Origin: Vulcanimicrobiota bacterium
GTDB taxonomy: Bacteria; Vulcanimicrobiota; Vulcanimicrobiia; Eremiobacterales; Eremiobacteraceae
NCBI GenBank assembly: GCA_963812135.1
Contig: CAWETU010000001.1
Coordinates: 352,001-416,000 of the forward strand
DNA: 64,000 nucleotides
Direction: 5' to 3'
Shown piece by piece: positions 28,050 to 37,282 of this stretch; within the stretch, counting starts at the first letter, position 1, and every line of letters starts with the position of its first letter. The notes beneath the pieces were generated by a model, which saw nothing but the letters and a program-made list of their open reading frames with translations, had not been told where the DNA came from and did no database searches. A program made the translations under genes and the position numbers.

Positions 28050-28465
28050 TGCGGTGCCGCCCGGCGCGGCAGCGCCAAGGAGCAGATCCACAGCGGACCG
28101 ACGAGCAGATGGACCAGATTCCGCAGGAACGCCGGCTTCTTGCCTTCGTACCCGTGGCCGACGAATTGGAAGATCCAGCCGACGACGAATGCGCCCACGG
28201 CGAGCGGCCACGGCGTATATCGTCCGGCGATATACAGCGCGGCGAACGCGACGAGCGCCACCAGTGCGAGCCGGACGTCGAGCGTAAGATAGTAGATGAT
28301 GATGAGCACGCCGACGACCAGGCCAAGATCGATCGGGCCGAGCTTGACCAGTTCCAGCAGCGAGAAGAGCGCCCACACGATCAGTGGAATGCCGATCTCG
28401 TGACAGATGAGATTCCGCCGGTCCGTATGGTACATGCCGTACTCGGCGAAGTATTTGTCGACCAT
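28046..28465 (-). CDS. DUF962/Mpo1-like membrane protein
   Basis: Y...H...NL.CH.IGIP, WIFQFVGH..EGKKPAF. Confidence 0.88.
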   Translation of the reverse strand: MVDKYFAEYGMYHTDRRNLICHEIGIPLIVWALFSLLELVKLGPIDLGLVVGVLIIIYYLTLDVRLALVALVAFAALYIAGRYTPWPLAVGAFVVGWIFQFVGHGYEGKKPAFLRNLVHLLVGPLWICSLALPRRAAPQ

Positions 28466-28492
28466 AGTGATCACGCTCCGGTCACGGGATTC

Positions 28493-29146
28493 GTAAGAAC
28501 GGTCCTCGGCGCCCTCCTCGCGCTCATCCTCACCTCGACGACGGTCGCGCTGGGTGAGACGCTAGGCACCACGGTTGAAATACAGCCAGGATCACGAGCG
28601 ACTCCGATGCCCCAACCCACCCAGCCTCGTGAAACCATCATCCTTACCGACGAGTCGCTTCCGAGGGCAACTCCACCTCCGCTTGTGATCTGTTGTTCTC
28701 TTGAGATTATGACGCCGATGAGCTTCTTGTGGACTCAGGCGATGAAACCAGCCGGAGGCGTGATCGACTTCGGCGACGGGAGCCGCTCTTCGTTAACCGC
28801 TGGGCGTCGGGTCGCGCACACCTATTCGCGCTTCAGAACGTTTGTAGTAACCGTGACGCCGAGGGGTCGCAGCAATCCGGTCGTGACGCAGTCTCTTGAG
28901 ATTTCGCCGCCGATGCAGCCACCGGCGACACCACAGCTTGTCGCGCTGGCAGACGGTGCGCACTCAGGCGATAGCGTCATCTTCGTCCTTTTCTTGACGG
29001 CGATAGACGATTGCACGGCGCCCACGATCGAGTTCGGCGACGGTGCTGCCGGGACCATCCCATTTAACGGTGGGGCCGTGCACACATATCGTAGCGCCGG
29101 CGTCTACCACGCGACGGTCAATTACGATCATCGCTGCGCGCAGTGA
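28493..29146 (+). CDS. Secreted protein with two PKD-like domains (start uncertain)
   Basis: Signal-like RTVLGALLALILTSTTVALG; IDFGDG...AHTY..F.TFVVTVT and IEFGDG...VHTY...GVYHATV. Confidence 0.6.
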   Translation, partial: VRTVLGALLALILTSTTVALGETLGTTVEIQPGSRATPMPQPTQPRETIILTDESLPRATPPPLVICCSLEIMTPMSFLWTQAMKPAGGVIDFGDGSRSSLTAGRRVAHTYSRFRTFVVTVTPRGRSNPVVTQSLEISPPMQPPATPQLVALADGAHSGDSVIFVLFLTAIDDCTAPTIEFGDGAAGTIPFNGGAVHTYRSAGVYHATVNYDHRCAQ

Positions 29147-29173
29147 GAACAGCTGCGCGCCGAAAGTCAAGAC

Positions 29174-29202
29174 TTGAATTGTCCGGCGTCAAGTGCTACC
29201 GT
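29174..29202 (+). promoter_or_regulatory. Sigma70-type promoter of 6S RNA
   Basis: TTGAAT-17 bp-TACCGT with an extended -10 TG at 29194-29195. Confidence 0.6.
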
Positions 29203-29233
29203 AGGTCCACGTGCGAGCGATCGTACGAAATGA

Positions 29234-29413
29234 TCTCCCTGCGGTGTGCGTGAGCTTGCTTTGTGATTGAGCCAACGCAATCACAACGGGAGCCGATCTC
29301 CGAGCCGCTTTGAGCAAGCCCTCCTCGAGAGGGAAGCCTGTGTCCGGTTCGGGTGAGCACCCACCTGCTTAGCAGGTTCAGATCCCTTGCAGGTAACGGC
29401 ACTTCGGGGTAGA
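29234..29413 (+). ncRNA. ssrS: 6S RNA
   Basis: About 180 nt, non-coding. 5' CCCTGCGGTGTGCGT pairs imperfectly with 3' ACGGCACTTCGGGG. Contains TGAGCCAAC, GGGAG, CACCCACCTGC...GCAGGTTCA as recalled from Firmicute 6S RNAs. Flanked by promoter and terminator. Confidence 0.85.
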
Positions 29414-29419
29414 GCAAGA

Positions 29420-29449
29420 AAAACGGCTCGCGGATACGCGGGCCGTTTT
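29420..29449. terminator. Bidirectional intrinsic terminator
   Basis: AAAACGGCTCGCG-GATA-CGCGGGCCGTTTT, between 6S RNA and a convergent gene. Confidence 0.85.
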
Positions 29450-29451
29450 GA

Positions 29452-30135
29452 TTAGCGCAGCGCTTCCACCCAGCGGCTCAGCCGCGCCTCGTCAAGCTCG
29501 CCGCTCTCATCTTCCAGACTCACGAACCCGCGGAAACGCAGCGTGGCCGCCACATCGTAGCCGCGCGGCTGCATCGTCATGATCACTGCATCGCGCGAGT
29601 GGGGCTCCCACTGCACCGCCGCCGGGATCGCAAGGCGCAACCAGGCGGAATCGCATTCCTTGATCGCCCGGTTGACGTCGGCATCGTTCGCGACCAGCGT
29701 GCCCTCGCGCGGCGCCAACGCGAGGGTGACGTTGCGCAGCTTCGCATGGGCGCTCACGTATTTGAGCGCGCGGATCAGCTCGCGCCACGCGATGCCGGGC
29801 GAACCGCTTCCCGTGCCGCACCCGAAACGCAACAGCGGTGCGCCCACCGACGCGGCGTCGTCGAGCGCCTGCTTCAGCGCCTCGATCTGGGGATCCACGT
29901 CGCTATCGCCGAGCGCGATAGCCGTGTTGAGGCCCGCGATCGTCAGCTGCCGGTCGACGCACAGCTTCTTGATCTGCGCGAGATACTCTACGTCGCGCCG
30001 CGGGAAGTGCTCGTGGCTGAGATCGACGCCGCCGAGTCCGGGCTGCGCGCAGCAAATGTCGATCCACTCGAGCTGGGTGAGGTCGCCGCCCTCGATCCGG
30101 CGCGCAAAAGAGCGGGAGCTGAGCGCCAATCTCAT
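29452..30135 (-). CDS. Sugar-phosphate isomerase/AP endonuclease 2 family TIM-barrel protein
   Basis: MRLALSSRSF, GVDL, A..VGAPLLRF, FRGFVSLE; metal ligands look degenerate. Confidence 0.65.
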   Translation of the reverse strand: MRLALSSRSFARRIEGGDLTQLEWIDICCAQPGLGGVDLSHEHFPRRDVEYLAQIKKLCVDRQLTIAGLNTAIALGDSDVDPQIEALKQALDDAASVGAPLLRFGCGTGSGSPGIAWRELIRALKYVSAHAKLRNVTLALAPREGTLVANDADVNRAIKECDSAWLRLAIPAAVQWEPHSRDAVIMTMQPRGYDVAATLRFRGFVSLEDESGELDEARLSRWVEALR

Positions 30136-30194
30136 CCGGCGCCGTTCTTCGCCACGGGGTCCCGCCCTTTCGAGGCGAACATCGATCCAACGAT

Positions 30195-30689
30195 ATGTCA
30201 AAATCGAAACACAAGCCGACAGGCCCGCCGCTGCTGCTCTTCGTCTGCTCTGGGAACATCTGCCGCAGCCCGATGGCCGAGGTCATCGCCGCCCACGCGG
30301 CGCAGGCGGCAGGCCTCGACATCCGCGTCGCGAGCAGCGGCACGATGGCGCTGGTCGGGTATCCCGCTGAGGAGACGGCGGAGCAGGTGGTCGCCGAGCT
30401 CGGGCTGGCGCTGGAATCCCATCGCGCGCGACAGACGACTCGAGACCAGATCCGCGAGGCGGTGCTGGTCGTGGCCGCGACGCGCCAGCATCACGCATGG
30501 CTGCGCCTCCACGAACCGCGCGCGTCGCATGTCGCCAGCTTCGACGAGCTCACCGGACTGGGCGACATCCCCGATCCCTACGGCGCGAGCCCAGAGGAGT
30601 ATCGTGCGGTGCGCGACATGCTCGTCGCGGGCATGCCGCGCGTGCTCGCCGCGCTCAAGGCCAGACAGCGCGCAAACGCGAACGATTGA
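30195..30689 (+). CDS. Low-molecular-weight protein phosphatase
   Basis: P-loop VCSGNICRSPMAE, SSGT, DIPDPYG. Confidence 0.92.
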   Translation: MSKSKHKPTGPPLLLFVCSGNICRSPMAEVIAAHAAQAAGLDIRVASSGTMALVGYPAEETAEQVVAELGLALESHRARQTTRDQIREAVLVVAATRQHHAWLRLHEPRASHVASFDELTGLGDIPDPYGASPEEYRAVRDMLVAGMPRVLAALKARQRANAND

Positions 30690-30698
30690 CGCATTCGC

Positions 30699-31178
30699 AT
30701 GAGCGCAAGCAACGCACATATCTTCCGCATCGCCGTCGGTGCTGACCATGCAGGCTTCATCTATAAACAGAAGCTGGCCGAGCTCTTGCGGGAGTGGGGG
30801 CACGAAGTCGTCGATTTCGGCACGTACTCGACCGATCCGGTCGACTATCCGCTCATCGCGTTCAAGGTCGCCGAAGCGGTGGCGAGCGGCGAGTTCGAGC
30901 GCGGCGTGCTCACCTGCGGGTCCAGCCTCGGCATCGCCATGGCAGCCAACAAAGTGCGCGGAGCACGCGCGGCGCCGATCGCGGAGCCGTACTCAGCGCA
31001 GCTCTCGCGCCAGCACAACCACGCGAACATCATCTGTTTCGCCGAACGGTTGACCGGTTGGGAGATGGTCGTCGAGTGCTTGCGGGTCTGGCTGGCGACC
31101 GACGAAGAAGAGGGCCGGCACGCGCGTCGCGTCGCCGAGATCGACGAATACGATCCGGATAGCAAGGAGCACGTCTGA
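30699..31178 (+). CDS. rpiB: Ribose-5-phosphate isomerase B
   Basis: GADHAG, VDYP, CGS..GI.MAANKV.G.RAA, SRQHN, GRHARRV. Confidence 0.93.
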   Translation: MSASNAHIFRIAVGADHAGFIYKQKLAELLREWGHEVVDFGTYSTDPVDYPLIAFKVAEAVASGEFERGVLTCGSSLGIAMAANKVRGARAAPIAEPYSAQLSRQHNHANIICFAERLTGWEMVVECLRVWLATDEEEGRHARRVAEIDEYDPDSKEHV

Positions 31179-31180
31179 CC

Positions 31181-32434
31181 GTGAACGCGCGTCTGCTCGA
31201 GCATGCGCCGCTGGCGACCGAAGATCCCGAGATCTATGACGCGATTCTCAAAGAAGAAGAACGTCAGCGCAAGAATCTCGAGCTGATCGCGTCGGAGAAC
31301 TACGTGAGTCCGGCCGTTCGCGAAGCCGCGGCCAGCGTCATGACCAATAAGTACGCCGAAGGCTACCCCGGCAGACGCTATTACGGCGGCTGCGAATTCG
31401 TCGACCTCGCCGAAACGCTCGCGATCGAACGCTTGAAGAAGCTGTTCGGCGTGGACTATGTCAACGTGCAACCCCATTCCGGCGCGCAAGCGAACATGGC
31501 GGTCTATTTCGCGGCGGTCAAGCCAGGCGACACCGTGATGGGCGCCGCGCTCGATCATGGCGGCCACCTCACGCACGGCAGCAAAGTCAACTTCAGCGGC
31601 AAGCTCTACAACGCGGTCGGCTACACGGTGAATCAGAAGACCGAGCAATTCGACTACGACGAGATCCGCGCGCTCGCCAAAGAGCACAAACCGAAACTGC
31701 TCGTAACCGGTTGGAGCGCGTATGCGCGCATCCCGGATTGGCAGGCGTTCGCGGATATCGCGCACGAGGTCGGCGCGGTGATGATGGCCGACATCGCGCA
31801 CGTCGCAGGCCTGGTCGCGACAGGCATCCACCCGTCGCCCGTCGGGATCGCCGACTACGTCACGACCACCACGCACAAGACATTGCGCGGCCCGCGCGGC
31901 GGCGCGGTCATGTGCGACGTCGAACGCGGCAAGCTGATCGCCAAGAACGTCTTCCCGGGTATCCAGGGAGGCCCGTTGATGCATATCATCGCCGCAAAAG
32001 CAGTTGCCTTCAAAGAAGCGCTGCAGCCTGAGTTCGCGGACTACGCGCGCCAAGTGGTCAGCAACGCGAAGGCGCTGGCACAGAGTCTGCAATCGCATGG
32101 GCTGCGCATCGTCACCGGCGGCACCGACAATCATCTGATGCTCGTGGACGTTTCGGTGCGCGGCCTGACCGGCAAGGACGTCGAGACCTACCTCGACGAG
32201 ATCGGTATCACCGTCAACAAGAACACGATTCCGTTCGACAAGAATCCACCGACGGTCGCCAGCGGCATCCGCATCGGCACGCCGGCGATCACCACGCGCG
32301 GCATGAAAGAAGCGCAGATGCGCGAGATCGCCGACATCATGGGCGCGGCGATGGACGACATCGCCTCGCGGGCGCACGTGGCGCGGCTGCGCGAGCGCGT
32401 CTACGAACTGACCGCGCAGTTCGACGTGCCCTAA
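31181..32434 (+). CDS. glyA: Serine hydroxymethyltransferase
   Basis: [35 protein letters not shown]. Confidence 0.98.
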   Translation: MNARLLEHAPLATEDPEIYDAILKEEERQRKNLELIASENYVSPAVREAAASVMTNKYAEGYPGRRYYGGCEFVDLAETLAIERLKKLFGVDYVNVQPHSGAQANMAVYFAAVKPGDTVMGAALDHGGHLTHGSKVNFSGKLYNAVGYTVNQKTEQFDYDEIRALAKEHKPKLLVTGWSAYARIPDWQAFADIAHEVGAVMMADIAHVAGLVATGIHPSPVGIADYVTTTTHKTLRGPRGGAVMCDVERGKLIAKNVFPGIQGGPLMHIIAAKAVAFKEALQPEFADYARQVVSNAKALAQSLQSHGLRIVTGGTDNHLMLVDVSVRGLTGKDVETYLDEIGITVNKNTIPFDKNPPTVASGIRIGTPAITTRGMKEAQMREIADIMGAAMDDIASRAHVARLRERVYELTAQFDVP

Positions 32435-32445
32435 AGCTGGACCCT

Positions 32446-32922
32446 ATGAAAGAGATGTTGCCGCAGGTGCCCGAGCCGGCCGGTCACGATCGCCCGTCCT
32501 GGGATGAGTACTTCATGGCGATCACGCGTGCCGTCGCGACGCGCGCGACGTGTTCGCGCCGCGCAGTCGGCGCGGTGATCGTCAAGGACAAGCGCATCCT
32601 CGCAACCGGATACAACGGCGCGCCGATCGGCATGCGGCACTGCGACCACAGCGCCGGCGGCGACATGCGCGATGGCCATTGCGCGCGCTCCACGCACGCC
32701 GAGCAGAACGCGCTGGTGCAAGCGGCGCGCCACGGGACGTCCATCGCCGGCGGCACGATGTACTGCACCGATCATCCGTGCTTGACATGCGCCAAGCTGA
32801 TGATCAACGCCGGCCTGACCCGCATCGTGTACGAGGATTCATATCCGGACGACCTTGCCGCCGCGATGCTGCTGGAGGCGCGCGTGCAGCTCGATCGGCT
32901 CACGGACCGGCGCACGTCGTGA
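32446..32922 (+). CDS. dCMP/cytidine deaminase family (ComEB-like)
   Basis: RPSWDEYF, RATC, TGYNG, HAEQNA, PCLTC. Confidence 0.9.
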   Translation: MKEMLPQVPEPAGHDRPSWDEYFMAITRAVATRATCSRRAVGAVIVKDKRILATGYNGAPIGMRHCDHSAGGDMRDGHCARSTHAEQNALVQAARHGTSIAGGTMYCTDHPCLTCAKLMINAGLTRIVYEDSYPDDLAAAMLLEARVQLDRLTDRRTS

Positions 32923-33974
32923 TCGTGCTGGCTGCCGCCGCATTGCTGGCGGGGCCGATCCGCTTCAACGTCAGCATCTACGCGCTATGCATCGCGACGT
33001 TCGTGATCGCATTCGCGGCCTGCGCGCTCGTGACGCCGCTCGTGATCCGGGCCGCGATCCGCCTGGGTCATTTCGACGAACCGGACGGCGACCGTCGCAT
33101 CCACAGCGAGCCGACGCCGCGTTTAGGCGGCATCGCCATCTATCTCGGGTTCACGCTCGCGCTGTTCGTGACGCTCAACGTGGCCTTGAGCAACAACACG
33201 GTCATCAGCAAGTACCTGGACACGCCGGATCTCGCCAAGCTCATCGGGCTGCTCTTCGGCGGCACGCTCATGATGGGCGTCGGGCTGTGGGATGACGTGA
33301 TGAACATGCGCGCCCGCAATAAATTCATCGCGCAGTTCGCCGTCGCGCTGATCGCCGTGCTCTTCTATGGTTTCACGATCTATCATCTGCGCCTACCGCA
33401 CTTCGGGCTCGTCGAGCTCGGCTGGTTCGGCATCCCGTTCTCGCTGTTCTGGTACTTAGGAATGGTGAACGCCATCAATTTCCTGGACGGCCTCGACGGA
33501 CTGGTCGCCGGCTACACGACGATCGCGTGCATCGCGCTCACCGTCATCTCGCTGCTCAAAGGGCAGTATCTCGTGGCGATCACGACCTGCGCGCTGGCCG
33601 GCGCCGCAGCGGGGTTCTTGCCGTTCAACTACAGCCCTGCGCGCATCTTTATGGGCGACGGCGGTTCGCTCTTCATCGGGTTCGTGTTGGCGACCATCGG
33701 CGTGATGGGCACGGAAAAGCAAGCCGTCGCTATCTCGTTGGTCGTGCCGCTGCTGATCCTGGCGTTGCCGATCCTCGACACGGCAAAAGTCATCGCGCGA
33801 CGCTTGCACAAGGGCGCGCCTATCTCAGGGGCCGATCGCGAGCACGTGCATCATCAGCTGCTCGATCTCGGGCTGTCGCAACGTCAGGCGGTGCTGCTCA
33901 TCTACGCGGTCTGCGGCATCCTCGGCGTCGTCGCGATCGTGCTGTCCCTTCCCAAAGGGCCGCATATCTTTTGA
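32919..33974 (+). CDS. Undecaprenyl-phosphate GlcNAc-1-phosphate transferase (WecA/TagO, MraY family)
   Basis: RRIH..PTPRLGG, GLWDD, NAINFLDGLDGL, FMGDGGS, DREHVHH. Confidence 0.92.
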   Translation: MIVLAAAALLAGPIRFNVSIYALCIATFVIAFAACALVTPLVIRAAIRLGHFDEPDGDRRIHSEPTPRLGGIAIYLGFTLALFVTLNVALSNNTVISKYLDTPDLAKLIGLLFGGTLMMGVGLWDDVMNMRARNKFIAQFAVALIAVLFYGFTIYHLRLPHFGLVELGWFGIPFSLFWYLGMVNAINFLDGLDGLVAGYTTIACIALTVISLLKGQYLVAITTCALAGAAAGFLPFNYSPARIFMGDGGSLFIGFVLATIGVMGTEKQAVAISLVVPLLILALPILDTAKVIARRLHKGAPISGADREHVHHQLLDLGLSQRQAVLLIYAVCGILGVVAIVLSLPKGPHIF

Positions 33975-35140
33975 TGTGTCCGCTCAAGGTCGCCGTCGTC
34001 TTCGGCACCCGGCCCGACGCGGTCAAGATGGCGCCGGTCGTCCACGCGCTCGCGCTCGACGCGCGCTTCGAATGCGTGCCGATCGCCACCGGGCAGCACC
34101 GCGAGTTGGCGGACGAAGTCCTCGCGCTGTTCGGAATCACGCCCGAGCACGATCTCGAGGTCATGACCGAGGGTCAGTCGCTCACCGAAGTGACCACGCG
34201 TGTCCTCGAACGCCTGTCACCGCTGTTGGAGGACGAGCGTCCCGATGTGGTCCTCGTCCACGGCGATACGTCCACCTCGACCGCCGCCGCTCTCGCTTCC
34301 TATTATAAGAAGATTCCCGTCGGGCACGTCGAGGCCGGGCTGCGCACCGACACCATCTACGAACCGTTTCCCGAGGAGATGAACCGCCGTATGACCGGCG
34401 TCATCGCGACCCATCATTTCGCGCCGACGCCGACCGCCCGTCAGAACCTGCTGCGCGAGGGCAAAGACCCGCGCAGCATCGTGGTCACCGGCAACACCGT
34501 GATCGACGCGTTCTTGTGGGTGCACGAGCGGATCACGCCCGACGACACGCCGGCGATCGCGACGAAACGCATGATCTTCGTCGAAGCGCACCGCCGGGAG
34601 AATCTCGGCGAGCCGTTTGAGGCCGTTTGCCGCGCGTTGCGATCGGTCGTGCGCGCCCATCCCGATGTGTCGCTGCTGTGGCCGGTCCACCCGAATCCCT
34701 CAGTCGTCGAAGTGGTGCGCCGCAATCTTGAAGGCCAAGACCGAGTCCATCTCGTGTCGCCGATGAGCTATCGCAAGCTGGTGGGTGCGATCGGTCGCTG
34801 CACGCTTGTGGCGACCGATTCGGGCGGACTGCAAGAAGAAGCGCCGTGCCTGGGCAAGCCGGTGCTCGTCTTGCGACGCGTCACCGAACGCCCCGAGGGC
34901 GTGGCCGCAGGCACGCTGCGCCTTGTCGGAACCGATGAAGCGACGATCGTCGCGGCGCACAACGAACTGCTCGATGATGATGCCGCGTATCAGCGTATGG
35001 CCCACGCCGCGAATCCGTACGGCGACGGGCAGGCCGCGCGACGCATCGCCGACGCGCTGTGGGCGTTCCATCGCAACGGCGCGCTGCCCGACGAATTCGA
35101 TCCTTCGCTGCCGCCGACGCTGCCGTCCGCGGCGCGATGA
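33974..35140 (+). CDS. wecB: UDP-N-acetylglucosamine 2-epimerase (non-hydrolysing)
   Basis: FGTRP, TGQHRE, HGDT, GHVEAGLRT, PEEMNR, TDSGGLQEEA, NPYGDG. Confidence 0.96.
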   Translation: MCPLKVAVVFGTRPDAVKMAPVVHALALDARFECVPIATGQHRELADEVLALFGITPEHDLEVMTEGQSLTEVTTRVLERLSPLLEDERPDVVLVHGDTSTSTAAALASYYKKIPVGHVEAGLRTDTIYEPFPEEMNRRMTGVIATHHFAPTPTARQNLLREGKDPRSIVVTGNTVIDAFLWVHERITPDDTPAIATKRMIFVEAHRRENLGEPFEAVCRALRSVVRAHPDVSLLWPVHPNPSVVEVVRRNLEGQDRVHLVSPMSYRKLVGAIGRCTLVATDSGGLQEEAPCLGKPVLVLRRVTERPEGVAAGTLRLVGTDEATIVAAHNELLDDDAAYQRMAHAANPYGDGQAARRIADALWAFHRNGALPDEFDPSLPPTLPSAAR

Positions 35141-35337
35141 GCGGCAAGCCGCCGCTCTCGCTCGCCAGTCTTGGCGCCATCGGTTTTTCGCTGATCGCCA
35201 ACGTCATCGCCGGCGGGCTGCTTGGGTTCGCGGCGTACAAATTTCTCAACTGGGGATGGGCGGTGCCGGTCGGCATCCTCGTCGGCTTCGTCTCCGGTTT
35301 CTTGTCGATGTTCCGCCAACTCAGCCAGTTGCAATAG
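35137..35337 (+). CDS. AtpZ/ATPase gene 1 small membrane protein
   Basis: Two TM helices, 66 aa, directly upstream of the atp operon. Confidence 0.7.
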   Translation: MSGKPPLSLASLGAIGFSLIANVIAGGLLGFAAYKFLNWGWAVPVGILVGFVSGFLSMFRQLSQLQ

Positions 35338-35394
35338 CGCGAGCGTTCGCGGGGGAGGCCCCGTTCCGGAACCGCACGAAACAGCGCTATTCCT

Positions 35395-35811
35395 ATGGAA
35401 GGCTTCCGCACGTTCCAGGCAGCGGTGGCGTCGCGCAGTCTGGTGGTCGGGGCTATCGCTGCGGTCGCGTTGGCATTGGGCCATCAGTACCTGCCGGCGG
35501 TTGCGCTTATCGCCGGCGTCCTCATCGGCCTGGCCTATCTTTTCCATATCGCTACAAGCTTCAACCGGCTGGTGAAAGGCGGCAAGCGCTATTTGCCGTT
35601 CCTGACTATCGAGTCGGTGCTGCGGGTGCTGCTGGCCGGCGCCGCGCCGTTCTTCATCGTCGGCCGCGGTCCCGCGCTGGGGTATTTCAGCTACCTTGCC
35701 GGATTTGTCGCACCGCTTGCAGCGGCGATAATCACCTACAAGAATAGAATCGATGTCGAGTCTGCCCAAACGCGCCGGACCGACGACGGCGTCACGTCGA
35801 TCGCCGGCTGA
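35395..35811 (+). CDS. atpI: ATP synthase protein I-like
   Basis: Four TM helices, immediately upstream of atpB. Confidence 0.65.
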   Translation: MEGFRTFQAAVASRSLVVGAIAAVALALGHQYLPAVALIAGVLIGLAYLFHIATSFNRLVKGGKRYLPFLTIESVLRVLLAGAAPFFIVGRGPALGYFSYLAGFVAPLAAAIITYKNRIDVESAQTRRTDDGVTSIAG

Positions 35812-35819
35812 AGGAGACG

Positions 35820-36545
35820 ATGCACGAGACGATCGGGGAACATCCGCTCTGGCGGATCCCCTTCCTGCCTGGCAGCCTCAGCACCGTTCACGCAGACACG
35901 GTGCTCATCACGTGGCTCGCTATGGCGATCGTCTTGGTGGCGCTCGGCGGGCTCGCCCGTCTGCACCCGGTCACGCAGCTCACCAAGCGCTACACGATGC
36001 TCGAACTCATCGTGTCCGCGCTGAGCAATCAGGTGGAGACGATTCTCGGACGCAACGGCGTGCCGTTCGTGCCGTTCATCATCTCGCTGTTCCTGTTTAT
36101 CTTCGTGATGAACGAGATCGGGGTCATACCGTTCGTCGGCAAGTCGCCGACCGCCGACCTCAACACGACCGCAGCGCTTGCGCTCTTCGCGATCGGCCTG
36201 GTCTGGGGCGTCGGCATCTATCGCAAAGGGCTCGGATACTTCGGGCATCTGGTCATTCGGCCGCTCGGGTTGGGGATCCCGATGTTGCCGATCATGATCA
36301 TCGACGAATTGGCCCGCCCCGTCACGCTTGCGATGCGGCTGTTCGGCAACATCTTCGCGGGCGAGGTGCTGTTGCTCGTGGTAGCCGCCGTGATCGCCGC
36401 GCATCTCGGAGCACTGTCGGTCGCGGCGACCGGTCTGCCGATCCTGGTCTACGCATTCAATTTGATCATAGGCGCGATCCAAGCGCTCGTATTCACGCTA
36501 CTGACAATCGCATACCTTATCGCACCGACCTCTGACGAGCACTAA
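35820..36545 (+). CDS. atpB: F0 subunit a
   Basis: SPTADLN, RPVTLAMRLFGNIFAGE, IQALVFTLLT. Confidence 0.96.
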   Translation: MHETIGEHPLWRIPFLPGSLSTVHADTVLITWLAMAIVLVALGGLARLHPVTQLTKRYTMLELIVSALSNQVETILGRNGVPFVPFIISLFLFIFVMNEIGVIPFVGKSPTADLNTTAALALFAIGLVWGVGIYRKGLGYFGHLVIRPLGLGIPMLPIMIIDELARPVTLAMRLFGNIFAGEVLLLVVAAVIAAHLGALSVAATGLPILVYAFNLIIGAIQALVFTLLTIAYLIAPTSDEH

Positions 36546-36554
36546 GGAGCAGAC

Positions 36555-36839
36555 ATGGAAAACACTATTCTCGTCGCCACGGTCATCATGGCCTTCGCCC
36601 TGATGGTCGGATTCGCGGCGTTCGGTTCCGCGATCGGCGACGGCATCATCGGCAGCAAGGCCGTCGAATCGATCGCGCGCCAGCCCGAAGCACGCGGAAA
36701 TATTTTCTTCTTCTACTTCCTCGGCTTCGGGATCCTGGAGGCGTTCCCGATCATCGCGATCGCGCTCGCCTTCTTCCTGGTGATCGGCGGCGGCGGCTTC
36801 GGCGTGTTCTCGCAGCTCAAGCCGTTGCTCCCGCACTAA
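36555..36839 (+). CDS. atpE: F0 subunit c
   Basis: GSAIGDG, IARQPEA, ILEAFP. Confidence 0.96.
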   Translation: MENTILVATVIMAFALMVGFAAFGSAIGDGIIGSKAVESIARQPEARGNIFFFYFLGFGILEAFPIIAIALAFFLVIGGGGFGVFSQLKPLLPH

Positions 36840-36846
36840 ACGCGAC

Positions 36847-37281
36847 ATGCTGCTCTCGTTCGACGGCACGCTCCTCGTCCAGATCCTGAACTTCGTGGTG
36901 TTCTGGGTGCTCCTGAACTATCTGTTCATCGCGCCGACCCGCAAGGCGATCGAAGCGCGTCAGCGCTTCATCGCCGAGCAGTACGCGCAAGCCGACGCGC
37001 TCGCCGCGCAAGCGCGGGATCTGCAGGCGCAGGCGGACGCGACGCTCGACGAGGCGCGCCGCACCGTCGATGAAGCGATGCGTGCCGCGGCGACCCAAGC
37101 GTCGGACGAAGTCCACGCGATCGAGCGGAAAGCCTCGGAGGAGGCGGCGGCCGCCGTGACCCGCGCGCACGCAACGGTCGAGGACGAACGCGCGCAAGCG
37201 ATCTCGAAGCAGGGGCCGTTCGTCGACGAGCTCGCCCGCACGATGGCACAGCGCGCGCTGAGCATCGAGCAGGTGGCGTAA
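36847..37281 (+). CDS. atpF: F0 subunit b/b' (first copy)
   Basis: TLLVQILNF...LNYLFIAP...IEAR, then a coiled coil. Confidence 0.85.
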   Translation: MLLSFDGTLLVQILNFVVFWVLLNYLFIAPTRKAIEARQRFIAEQYAQADALAAQARDLQAQADATLDEARRTVDEAMRAAATQASDEVHAIERKASEEAAAAVTRAHATVEDERAQAISKQGPFVDELARTMAQRALSIEQVA

Positions 37282-37282
37282 G

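Noticed and set aside
29144..29233. Readthrough of the PKD gene TGA as another selenocysteine
   Set aside because: No redox motif or conserved Cys context, and the extension would run over the 6S promoter.
29196..29417. 73-aa minus-strand ORF
   Set aside because: Antisense to the 6S RNA, with no coding features.
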